The notes beneath the pieces were generated by a model. It had not been told where the DNA came from. It made no database searches and worked only from the letters and a program-made list of their open reading frames with translations. The position numbers and the translations under genes were made by a program. A DNA stretch of 32,000 nucleotides from Copranaerobaculum intestinale (GTDB lineage: Bacteria > Bacillota_I > Bacilli_A > Erysipelotrichales > Erysipelotrichaceae), in contig NZ_WUUQ01000001.1 of assembly GCF_009831105.1 (NCBI RefSeq), forward strand, positions 600,001 through 632,000. Reading direction: 5' to 3'. This document shows, piece by piece, positions 25,316 through 32,000 of the stretch (positions are counted from its first letter, which is position 1; every line of letters begins with the position of its first letter).

Positions 25316-25451
25316 GTATAAATCCTCCCTTTCATTTCCTTTATTATACTCTGTTTCCCAATGAGCGCGAAACATGTTTTTATCAGAATCAGTTTTTTTG
25401 AAAAAGAGTAGATTATTTCCTTAAAATATTGTATGATAATTAGGCATTCAC

Positions 25452-25537
25452 GCAGACGTGGTGGAATGGCAGACACGCTACTTTGAGGGGGTAGTGGGCG
25501 TATGCTCGTGTGAGTTCAAGTCTCATCGTCTGCACCA
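25452..25537 (+). tRNA. tRNA-Leu(GAG), type II with long variable arm, CCA encoded
   Basis: Acceptor GCAGACG/CGTCTGC. Anticodon arm CTACT-TTGAGGG-GGTAG, with GAG at positions 34-36. T arm GTGAG-TTCAAGT-CTCAT. Length 86 nt. Confidence 0.92.
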
Positions 25538-25547
25538 TTTGTAAATA

Positions 25548-25572
25548 AAGTCCGAAAATATCGGACTTTTTT
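25548..25572 (+). terminator. Terminator after tRNA-Leu(GAG)
   Basis: AAGTCCGA pairs with TCGGACTT, followed by a T-run. Confidence 0.75.
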
Positions 25573-25933
25573 GTATGCTTTTCACCTAGCTTACCGAGCT
25601 TATACAGCAGATCAAATTCTCTTGGAAAATGAATTTTCTGTCGAACTGACTTTTTCGGGAATTTCTAAATGTACGCTGTTGGAAATACTGCTTGCTGGTT
25701 CATGGCGGATGATATATATGTATAGTTCATATGCAGATATTTCAATGGATCATAATTTTCTGTGATTAGCATCAGTATAAAAAGTATATAAATTAAAAGA
25801 TTAAATGAGATATGTGCAGTGCAGATTACCTGCGAGATCTGTTATTGATTCCAATATAATAAGTAATAATTATTTATTTATTAATAACGATAAATATTAT
25901 ATAATAAAAATAAATAAAGGATGTTGGATCAAT

Positions 25934-27265
25934 ATGAAAAATAAACTTATCGTTATCGTGACATGCCTATTGCTCATAAGCGGGTGCGAAAAGACCGAAA
26001 GCGGTCAAAAAAATTCTGAACCTAAAATACATAAATCAACAGGAACAGTAGTTCAGATCGATGAATACTCAGTAACCATAGCGCTGTCTGGAAAAACGAA
26101 GATGTCTGTTTTTGATACACGTGATGTGATTATGGATATGGGCGCCTATGAGTACAATACCGGTATTCAGGTTAAGATTACGTATATTATGAGAAAAGGA
26201 AAGAAGATAGCTAAGAAAATGAAACTGCTGAAGCCATCAGAAGAAATGCTTGTAAATAAAAAAATAATCATGCTGATAGACCAGATGTCATTGGAAGAAA
26301 AAGTAGGCCAGTTATTTTTTGTCCGCTGCCCGCAAAATAATGCTATTGAAAACCTAGAGCGTTATCATATCGGCGGCTATGTTTTATTTGGAAGAGATTT
26401 TGCTAATCAAAGTCCGGCATCTGCTTCTGCGATGACTGCAAGCTATCAAGCTCATTCGAAAATTCCTCTATTTATCGGAGTTGATGAAGAAGGTGGAACG
26501 GTTAATCGAATATCGATTCATCCCAGTTTTCGGGCAGTGCCGTTTCATTCACCGCAGAGTTTATATGCTGAAGGCGGATTCGATTTGGTAACAAGTGATA
26601 CAAAAGAAAAAGACACGCTGCTGAAAAGCCTCGGTGTGAATGTTAATTTTGCCCCGGTCAGCGATCTTTCGATGAATCCTGAGGATTTTATTTATGATCG
26701 GGCATTTGGACAAAATGCCAATATGACGGGCGAATATGTCAAAACGGTAATTACTCAAATGAGCACAGATAAGGTAGGCTCGGTACTTAAACATTTTCCT
26801 GGCTATGGCAATAACGCGGATACGCATGTTGGATTTGCCGTTGATCGGCGAAGTATAGAGACATATCAAAAAGAAGACCTTATCCCCTTTATTAAGGGCA
26901 TCGAATCTGGCGCAGACAGCGTATTGGTCAATCATGTGCTTGTAACCAGTATGGATGCTGATACTCCTGCATCCCTTTCCGCATCGGTTCATCAGCTGCT
27001 GCGCAGTCAGTTAAAGTTTAAAGGAGTTATCATGACGGATGACCTAGCCATGGATGCTGTACGGGCAGCATATGGCGATGAAGCAGCGGCGATCAAAGCG
27101 GTGCAGGCTGGCAATGACATTATCCTAAGTACCTATTTTGAAGTCCAAATACCTGCGGTCGTGCAGGCTGTGCAGAATGGACAAATTTCAGAAACCGATA
27201 TCGATCAATCTCTGATTCGGATTCTAAAATGGAAGTATAAACTGAATCTGCTTACGTTAAATTAA
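25934..27265 (+). CDS. nagZ: Lipoprotein beta-N-acetylhexosaminidase, glycoside hydrolase family 3 (NagZ-like)
   Basis: The start MKNKLIVIVTCLLLISGC contains a lipobox (LISGC). GH3 motifs KVGQLF, GGYVLFGRDF, VDEEGGTVNRI, KHFPGYG and MTDDL are present. About 100 aa of extra N-terminal beta-rich domain precede the catalytic domain. The track's start at 25805 lies in AT-rich non-coding-looking sequence. Confidence 0.85.
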   Translation: MKNKLIVIVTCLLLISGCEKTESGQKNSEPKIHKSTGTVVQIDEYSVTIALSGKTKMSVFDTRDVIMDMGAYEYNTGIQVKITYIMRKGKKIAKKMKLLKPSEEMLVNKKIIMLIDQMSLEEKVGQLFFVRCPQNNAIENLERYHIGGYVLFGRDFANQSPASASAMTASYQAHSKIPLFIGVDEEGGTVNRISIHPSFRAVPFHSPQSLYAEGGFDLVTSDTKEKDTLLKSLGVNVNFAPVSDLSMNPEDFIYDRAFGQNANMTGEYVKTVITQMSTDKVGSVLKHFPGYGNNADTHVGFAVDRRSIETYQKEDLIPFIKGIESGADSVLVNHVLVTSMDADTPASLSASVHQLLRSQLKFKGVIMTDDLAMDAVRAAYGDEAAAIKAVQAGNDIILSTYFEVQIPAVVQAVQNGQISETDIDQSLIRILKWKYKLNLLTLN

Positions 27266-27555
27266 TTAAATATCCGTGTAGGGAATAACTGATCTAACTT
27301 ATCGGGGAATAAGAATTAAAGATAATGCAGTTGTGTATAAGGTAAATTGCCGAGAGAATGAACAAGTCTAAGATTGAAAGCCGCTCAAGAAAATAAATAA
27401 AAAATTGCTTATATAGGGGATATTTTAGGTCATAAAATAACGTATTTATCCATAAAACTTTTGAATATTATAGAAAATTATATTTCACAAAAAATTAAAA
27501 TTTGTAGTAGACGAACAGATAAAAATGTAGTATCATATATAGGCAATCAAAAAAT

Positions 27556-27641
27556 GCAGAAGTGGTGGAACGGCAGACACGCTGTCTTCAGGCGGCAGTG
27601 CGAGCGATCGCGTGAGAGTTCAAATCTCTTCTTCTGCACCA
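27556..27641 (+). tRNA. tRNA-Leu(CAG), type II, CCA encoded; integration target of the adjacent islet
   Basis: Acceptor GCAGAAG/CTTCTGC. Anticodon arm CTGTC-TTCAGGC-GGCAG, with CAG at positions 34-36. T arm GAGAG-TTCAAAT-CTCTT. Length 86 nt. Confidence 0.92.
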
Positions 27642-27683
27642 TTTGTTAAATAAGCCCTATTCAAAGGGCTTTTTTAATGTTTG
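27625..27683 (+). repeat. attL-type direct repeat (last 17 nt of tRNA-Leu plus 42 nt including its terminator)
   Basis: TCTCTTCTTCTGCACCATTTGTTAAATAAGCCCTATTCAAAGGGCTTTTTTAATGTTTG matches 30241-30299 at 56 of 59 positions. Confidence 0.9.
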
Positions 27684-27740
27684 GTTATAATTTAGAACAA
27701 TTTTGGAACATTTTTTGGTAATATGATAATTGATCGTCAA

Positions 27741-28470
27741 TTAGTATAATAATTTGTTTCTCATTTTATTTAAATAAATGTGCATATATTTTAAAATCAT
27801 TTCTACGGTGTCTCCCACGCGTTGAGCAACGGCGAGTAATTTATACCATTTTTGATTAAATACGAAATGTGATTATGTCTAAGGCCGTGAGGGCTTAATT
27901 TTGTAATGCCCGCTTTCTCCGCCTAACCTTTCATCGTACGATCAACTGTTGAGTAGGGGAGTGGCTTATTAATATCAAAAACAAATGAATCTACTGTGAA
28001 GCCGTCAACTACCATAATCTGTTCGTTCCATTGTGTTAACATATCTGCTAGTATTTTGGGTATGGAAATCGTTCGTATACTTCTTTTTGATTTCGGTGCA
28101 GTTATTTTATACTTTAAACCTTTTTTCTGTCCTGCTTGCTTAATTTATTTGTAATTGTTTTAGTTACTTTAAGAGTTTTCTTATTGAAATCTATATCATT
28201 CCAGTTTAATGTAAACGCTTCACCGCGACGCAATCCAGTAAAATAAAATAGAGAATATAATGCCTTATATTGAAAATCATCCGCTAACTTTATGAATTTA
28301 AAATATTCATCAAGTGTCCAACATTTCATCTTTATTTGTTGATCATCAAAGGGTTTAATGGAAACTAATTTATCAACTATTGCGCAAACATTTATTCCAG
28401 CATCACGATTGATCAGGTAAGAACTGCCCTGCTCAGATGAGAGTAGGAGTACCATACAGTTGACAGACAT
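27741..28470 (-). pseudogene. Tyrosine recombinase (phage integrase family) pseudogene: N-terminally truncated, frameshifted, with an in-frame stop
   Basis: - The open part (28114-28470) contains box I, FYFTGLRRGEAF.
- After an A6 run near 28116 the frame shifts. My translation continues SIRTISIPKILADMLTQW...STVDRTMKG, then a stop (27923-27925), then AEKAGITKLSPHGLRHNHISYLI (box II HxLRH).
- A further shift is needed to reach the C-terminal segment (either of two remaining frames plausibly matches the integrase C-terminus).
- The roughly 170-aa N-terminal arm/core-binding part is missing. Confidence 0.75.
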
Positions 28471-28597
28471 TTAAGAACAAGGTTGCTGCTCATTTAGGAT
28501 AAAAACCGCAAACGACACCTTCCGGTAAGTTTCGCATGATTAATCAGAATCATGTTTACTAACCGGGAGATCTTGCTGCATACCCTAACATTACGCG

Positions 28598-28915
28598 GTG
28601 AGGGAAGTAATTGGGAGCGATAAGAAAGGTTTCAGCAATGGAGCAATTGCTTTCTATGAGTTAGTCTGCGGCCGGCCAGTATTCAATCAGAACTGGATCG
28701 ATGCCATTCCGTGTGATGGAGTGAATGGTTATGGTGCAAACGTTGGAGATCAGATCTTTAAGCCAGGCGAACGCTTCTGAATCAATGGAGACTTCAAAGT
28801 TCTAGAGACTTATCCTGAAACACGAAGCAATCCAAATGGTGCTATCCGAATTCATATCGGACAGAAGGATGTTGTTTTGGATGCGGCTCCTGCGTATTAC
28901 GTATATTATGAATAA
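28598..28915 (+). pseudogene. Gene remnant: C-terminal fragment of an unidentified protein, interrupted by an in-frame TGA
   Basis: The frame reads ...GFSNGAIAFYELVCGRPVFNQNWIDAIPCDGVNGYGANVGDQIFKPGERF, then TGA (28778-28780), then INGDFKVLETYPETRSNPNGAIRIHIGQKDVVLDAAPAYYVYYE. There is no RBS, and a stop lies 4 codons upstream of the GTG. A terminator follows. Confidence 0.4.
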
Positions 28916-28916
28916 G

Positions 28917-28955
28917 AAAATCCCCTTATCTCTTAATTGAGATAGGGGGATTTTT
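28917..28955. terminator. Bidirectional terminator between convergent islet genes
   Basis: AAAATCCCCTTATCTC pairs with GAGATAGGGGGATTTT, a 16-bp stem with one mismatch. Confidence 0.75.
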
Positions 28956-28962
28956 CATGTTA

Positions 28963-29481
28963 CTAAATTTCTTCTTTAAATGGAAGGATTGAATTTAAAC
29001 ATGACCAATTTTGATTTGGATTAGCTCGATAACACTGTTGACCTGAAGAAGTAGTATATCCTATGACATATCTTCTATCAGATATTACTTTAGTAAGACG
29101 ACGCTTTGATGTGTGGTTAACCTTCACGAAGTCTTCTACAGCTTGCAATCCTCCAGCAACAAAATCAGCCGGTGTGTGATTTGTTTTCCACTTCACAATT
29201 CCATCAATTATCCAGCATACTACTATACCGGCGATGAATACCGCTACTCCACTGGCCGATCTTGGTGTAGCATCGAATACTTCTAAATGATTATCACGCA
29301 ACTGAACGTAATTACTATTTGGAGAATATATTATTTCAGATAGCTGTGCTGTTTCTTCATTAGATGCTGGTTTCACTTCGATTTTGTCTATAGCCTTAAC
29401 ATTAGTTACACTTGAAATAAACATCATACATATACCTATAAATAAAGATAGAATAAATTTACTCTTTTCTATTTTAATCAT
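28963..29481 (-). CDS. Orphan secreted/membrane protein (172 aa), function unknown
   Basis: A signal-like N-terminus (FILSLFIGICMMFISSVTNVKA) is followed by an internal TM helix (GVAVFIAGIVVCWIIDGIV) and a C-terminal domain with two Cys. AAAGGAG RBS. I recognised no family. Confidence 0.7.
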   Translation of the reverse strand: MIKIEKSKFILSLFIGICMMFISSVTNVKAIDKIEVKPASNEETAQLSEIIYSPNSNYVQLRDNHLEVFDATPRSASGVAVFIAGIVVCWIIDGIVKWKTNHTPADFVAGGLQAVEDFVKVNHTSKRRLTKVISDRRYVIGYTTSSGQQCYRANPNQNWSCLNSILPFKEEI

Positions 29482-29498
29482 ATTAATTACACTCCTTT

Positions 29499-29579
29499 TT
29501 AAAATATCAATTCAAAAAGTACGCCTCCTACAATAAAACCTAATAAAAACAGTAGAATATATTTTGTTTTTTTAGACAT
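29499..29579 (-). CDS. Possible 26-aa hydrophobic peptide (MSKKTKYILLFLLGFIVGGVLFELIF), first gene of the islet operon
   Basis: The ATG at 29577-29579 is preceded by AAGGAGAG at ideal spacing. The stop lies 17 nt before the start of the 172-aa gene. A 7-bp hairpin CTCAATG/CATTGAG (29600-29621) lies in the leader. The ORF is below the track cutoff. Confidence 0.45.
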   Translation of the reverse strand: MSKKTKYILLFLLGFIVGGVLFELIF

Positions 29580-30240
29580 AATCTCTCCTTTCTTACAACC
29601 TCAATGGTTTATAACATTGAGATTTGTATACTGAATTTCCATTTATTAAATTCTATAAAAAGCTTCATAAATTCATCTTCTTTCTATTGTATGCAACTTA
29701 CCTAACAAAATGATAGCGCTTTCATATATAGAATGTTACCTCTATATAGCTAATTTATAAAACTTATCTATGTATAGTTTATGATCAACTACACATGGTT
29801 ATAAATAAACTTTGGGTAATTAAAATGAGATTTTGCAACATTGTATCTTAAAAAAATTGATATAATATGGATGTTTCAACTTGTTCAGTGAAACTATAGT
29901 TGTTAATAGGAGATGGTTTGTAATTTTAGAAAAATATGAATATTAGATCATAATATAATAATTGGATAATGTTTTAAGAGAAATTAAAGATACGATGACA
30001 CCTAGTGATTATGTTAGAAAAAATATGTCAAATCTTTATCGGATTTAACGAAAAGAAATACTATTTCTTACTACTCTGCCTTTTTAAATCAAAATAATGT
30101 AGGGAGGAGGATATATTTTTTAGAACACTTTTAGAACAATTTTTAGTGAAAAATAAAAATATGATAGAAAAAACTATAATTTATATGTTTTTAAATGGTC
30201 TAAATTAGCTAAAATCATCAATATTTTGTATTTTTTTAAT

Positions 30241-30299
30241 TCTCTTCTGCTGCACCATTTGTTAAATAAGCCCTATTCAAAGGAATTTTTTAATGTTTG
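30241..30299 (+). repeat. attR-type direct repeat (partial tRNA-Leu 3' end)
   Basis: TCTCTTCTGCTGCACCATTTGTTAAATAAGCCCTATTCAAAGGAATTTTTTAATGTTTG has three mismatches to the left copy. Two of them break the terminator stem (GGGCT becomes GGAAT). Confidence 0.9.
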
Positions 30300-30349
30300 C
30301 TGAAAAAAAGACGAAATGATCTGTAAATTAAAGTAACCGATTAAATTGT

Positions 30350-30378
30350 TTGACACATATCCTTGTTCATGGTATAGT
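30350..30378 (+). promoter_or_regulatory. Sigma-70 promoter of the cold-shock gene
   Basis: TTGACA (30350-30355), a 17-nt spacer, then TATAGT (30373-30378). This implies a 5' UTR of about 130 nt, as is typical of csp mRNAs. Confidence 0.65.
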
Positions 30379-30516
30379 TAATCACAGATAACAAGCAATA
30401 TAACTATGATTCACATGATATGTAAATTGTAATTATGTCTCAAGGCTAACAATCTTACATTTATGTGATTTTTTATTTCTTGAGTGCTTCTTATTTATAA
30501 TAAGGAGGTACTATAC

Positions 30517-30717
30517 ATGAGTACAGGTAAAGTTAAATGGTTTAATGCAGACAAAGGTTTCGGTTTTATTACAAGTGAAGCAGGGAAAGACATTTTCGTT
30601 CACTATTCAGCAATTCAGACCGGCGGTTTCCGTTCTTTAGAAGAAGGACAGAATGTAAGCTTTGAGATTACAGACAGTGACCGCGGTCCTCAAGCTTCTA
30701 ACGTAACGATCGACTAA
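30517..30717 (+). CDS. cspA: Cold-shock protein, CspA family
   Basis: 66 aa starting [18 protein letters not shown], with RNP1 KGFGFI and RNP2 VFVHYS. AAGGAGG RBS. The track's upstream start at 30484 is unlikely. Confidence 0.95.
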   Translation: MSTGKVKWFNADKGFGFITSEAGKDIFVHYSAIQTGGFRSLEEGQNVSFEITDSDRGPQASNVTID

Positions 30718-30752
30718 ATAAAAATTCTGAAATCCATAAAAGGACAGTGAGG

Positions 30753-30796
30753 AAAGGATCAATGCCTATACTTGTTAGGGCTTGATCCTTTTTTTG
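30753..30796 (+). terminator. Terminator after csp
   Basis: AAAGGATCAA pairs with TTGATCCTTT, followed by a T-run. Confidence 0.75.
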
Positions 30797-30942
30797 TTTG
30801 TATTTTCTGAAATCAATCGAATTGAAGGTTGTATTGATGAATGGTTATGTTAGAATATAGCTAATAAATAACGGTGTATTTTAGAAAACGCATAAAGCAA
30901 AACAGATAATATTTATGTTGTTGAAAATGAGGGGTATTAGCA

Positions 30943-31326
30943 ATGGACAAAGGGAAATCATCAAAACCGCAATATAAAAATGACCTTTTATTCACAGCCG
31001 TGCGTAAAAGATTCTTTTTGCTTGCTTTGATCTGCATTTTGCTGATAACCTCGGGCGGCATTTATTTAAGTACCAGATCAATGCAGCAGTCCGCGAAAAA
31101 TGCTTATCAGAGTGTATCCTCGCTGATTTCACAAAAAATTGATGAATCCTTGAAGCTGCTGACATCGCTATCATCACTTCCTGAGTTTTATGATCCGCAG
31201 ATACCATGGGAAGAAAAAGTAGCCAAATTGGATAAGATCAACGAACAATACGGTTATATGTTCATTTGTTATATGGATGAAGATATACAGGTATATACAC
31301 TGGGTGAAAAGAGCCTGCGAGCTTAG
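30943..31326 (+). CDS. N-terminal fragment of a Cache-type membrane sensor (TM helix plus start of the extracytoplasmic domain); probably one half of a frameshifted gene
   Basis: 127 aa with TM helix FFLLALICILLITSGGIYL. It stops at the TAG at 31324-31326, while the homologous-looking sequence continues in another frame. Confidence 0.6.
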   Translation: MDKGKSSKPQYKNDLLFTAVRKRFFLLALICILLITSGGIYLSTRSMQQSAKNAYQSVSSLISQKIDESLKLLTSLSSLPEFYDPQIPWEEKVAKLDKINEQYGYMFICYMDEDIQVYTLGEKSLRA

Positions 31327-31340
31327 CAAGCCGCGAGCAT

Positions 31341-32000
31341 ATGCAGAAGCTGTACGCTACCAGAAGCAATGTTGTTACAGACAGCTTTGTTGCCGGTGCA
31401 GACGGCGTTACTCTGAACTACACAGTGGCAGTTCCGCTTTTGATGAATGGTGAGATGACCGGTGGTTTGTTCTGTTCGATCTATTTTGATGAAATTATTC
31501 ATTTATTGAATCAAGCAATGTCCTCAGACGGGGTAGAAGCCGTTTTAATCGGTTCAAAGGGGCAGATTATGTCCTCGACAAATGGGTTAAGTTATGGTGC
31601 GGATTACATGGATATTCTGCGAGATACAACGATATTTCAACTAACGACTGATCAGCTTGAATCTTTGCTGTTAAGCCGGAAATCAGGTTCATTTACCAGT
31701 ATGAATAGCGGCAACATTCAACATACCTCCTTTGGACCGATCAAGCGGACGAATTGGGATGTATTGGTTACGGCTGATTTCTTATCTGCTTTGCTGCCGA
31801 TCGTACCTGAAATCATACTTATGAATGTGGCTATGCTTCTGTTTCTGGTATTGCTTTATTTGTATACTGTAAAACAGATGAAGAAACAGGCAGAAGCAAA
31901 TAATTCCCTTTTAATGACATTTCATGATCTTGAAAAGAAACTATTTCATAGTGATGAAGTCGAGCAAATTGATTATGAGAATATCCTGCAAATGTCGAGC
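31341..32000 (+). CDS. Continuation of the Cache-type sensor (rest of the sensor domain, second TM helix, start of the cytoplasmic part); open to the window end
   Basis: The frame is open from 31323 (LASREHMQKLYATRSNVVTDSFVAGADGVTLNYTVAVPLLMNGEMTGGLF...). The second TM helix is IILMNVAMLLFLVLLYLY. The first ATG is at 31341. This ORF is absent from the track because it has no stop in the window. Confidence 0.6.
   Translation, partial: MQKLYATRSNVVTDSFVAGADGVTLNYTVAVPLLMNGEMTGGLFCSIYFDEIIHLLNQAMSSDGVEAVLIGSKGQIMSSTNGLSYGADYMDILRDTTIFQLTTDQLESLLLSRKSGSFTSMNSGNIQHTSFGPIKRTNWDVLVTADFLSALLPIVPEIILMNVAMLLFLVLLYLYTVKQMKKQAEANNSLLMTFHDLEKKLFHSDEVEQIDYENILQMSS

Larger units (their letters stand above)
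27625..30299. mobile_element. Decayed integrative islet in the 3' end of tRNA-Leu(CAG), bounded by 59-bp direct repeats
   Basis: The direct repeats flank an integrase pseudogene next to the tRNA, putative arm-type repeats, gene remnants and one orphan operon. The interior is AT-rich. Confidence 0.8.

Noticed and set aside
25316-25476. N-terminal extension of the alcohol dehydrogenase (start at 25375) and the overlapping 127-aa ORF at 25093-25476
   Set aside because: The ATG at 25315 has a strong AGGGAGGA RBS, and the family's N-terminus begins there. The extension has no RBS.
27461-27649. 62-aa ORF overlapping tRNA-Leu(CAG), and a 64-aa ORF at 25571-25765
   Set aside because: The first reads through a well-formed tRNA gene. 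The second lies in AT-rich spacer without an RBS. Both were judged spurious.
25530-27660. Similar trailers after both tRNA-Leu genes (CCATTTGTAAATAA versus CCATTTGTTAAATAA) as a possible further att site
   Set aside because: The similarity is only about 14 nt plus a generic terminator. No integrase or direct repeat partner is associated with the tRNA-Leu(GAG) copy. It is more likely a legacy of tRNA gene duplication.
28778-28780. TGA recoding (Trp, Gly or selenocysteine) in the islet remnant
   Set aside because: Other genes in the window, such as VirB4, terminate normally at TGA. The surrounding element is visibly decayed, and I saw no SECIS-like hairpin immediately downstream.
1-32000. CRISPR arrays, rRNA genes, retron or other reverse-transcriptase-linked ncRNA, and intact toxin-antitoxin pairs
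   Set aside because: I noticed no regularly spaced repeat-spacer structure, no rRNA-like sequence, and no RT, Cas or classic TA gene among the ORFs. The only regular repeats are those reported above.

Overview
The window comes from a low/mid-GC Firmicutes genome (Clostridia/Erysipelotrichia-like). All family assignments are from motif recognition by eye; no database search was run.

**1 to ~14500: ICE half.** This is the conjugation/DNA-processing half of a Tn916-superfamily ICE, entirely on the minus strand. It holds an orf15/TcpH-like protein, VirB4 ATPase, orf17-like protein, two tandem ArdA genes, a Rep_trans (MobT-type) relaxase, an FtsK-type coupling protein and two HelP-like proteins. 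It also holds a 1021-aa SPKTG-anchored adhesin with thioester and ester-bond type domains. Two extra XRE-HTH membrane-protein cassettes sit in the backbone, and each ends in the same 36-37 bp terminator.

**14462 to ~16860: ICE boundary and resistance block.** The ICE appears to end at an orphan 3' half of tRNA-Arg(CCU) (14462-14506). A terminator and a dense, helically phased array of TGCTAATG motifs follow. Next come a TnpW-like small ORF, an AT-rich ant(6) streptomycin-resistance gene and a nucleoside phosphorylase. The following 1761-aa wall-anchored adhesin looks 5'-truncated (no signal peptide, no RBS).

**Right third: chromosomal.**
- a repeat-rich surface protein
- an Fe-alcohol dehydrogenase
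- tRNA-Leu(GAG)
- a GH3 NagZ-like lipoprotein
- tRNA-Leu(CAG), carrying a decayed ~2.6 kb integrative islet bounded by 59-bp direct repeats (integrase pseudogene, orphan small-peptide operon)
- a cold-shock protein
- a frameshifted Cache-type sensor

No CRISPR array, rRNA or intact transposase/integrase was seen.
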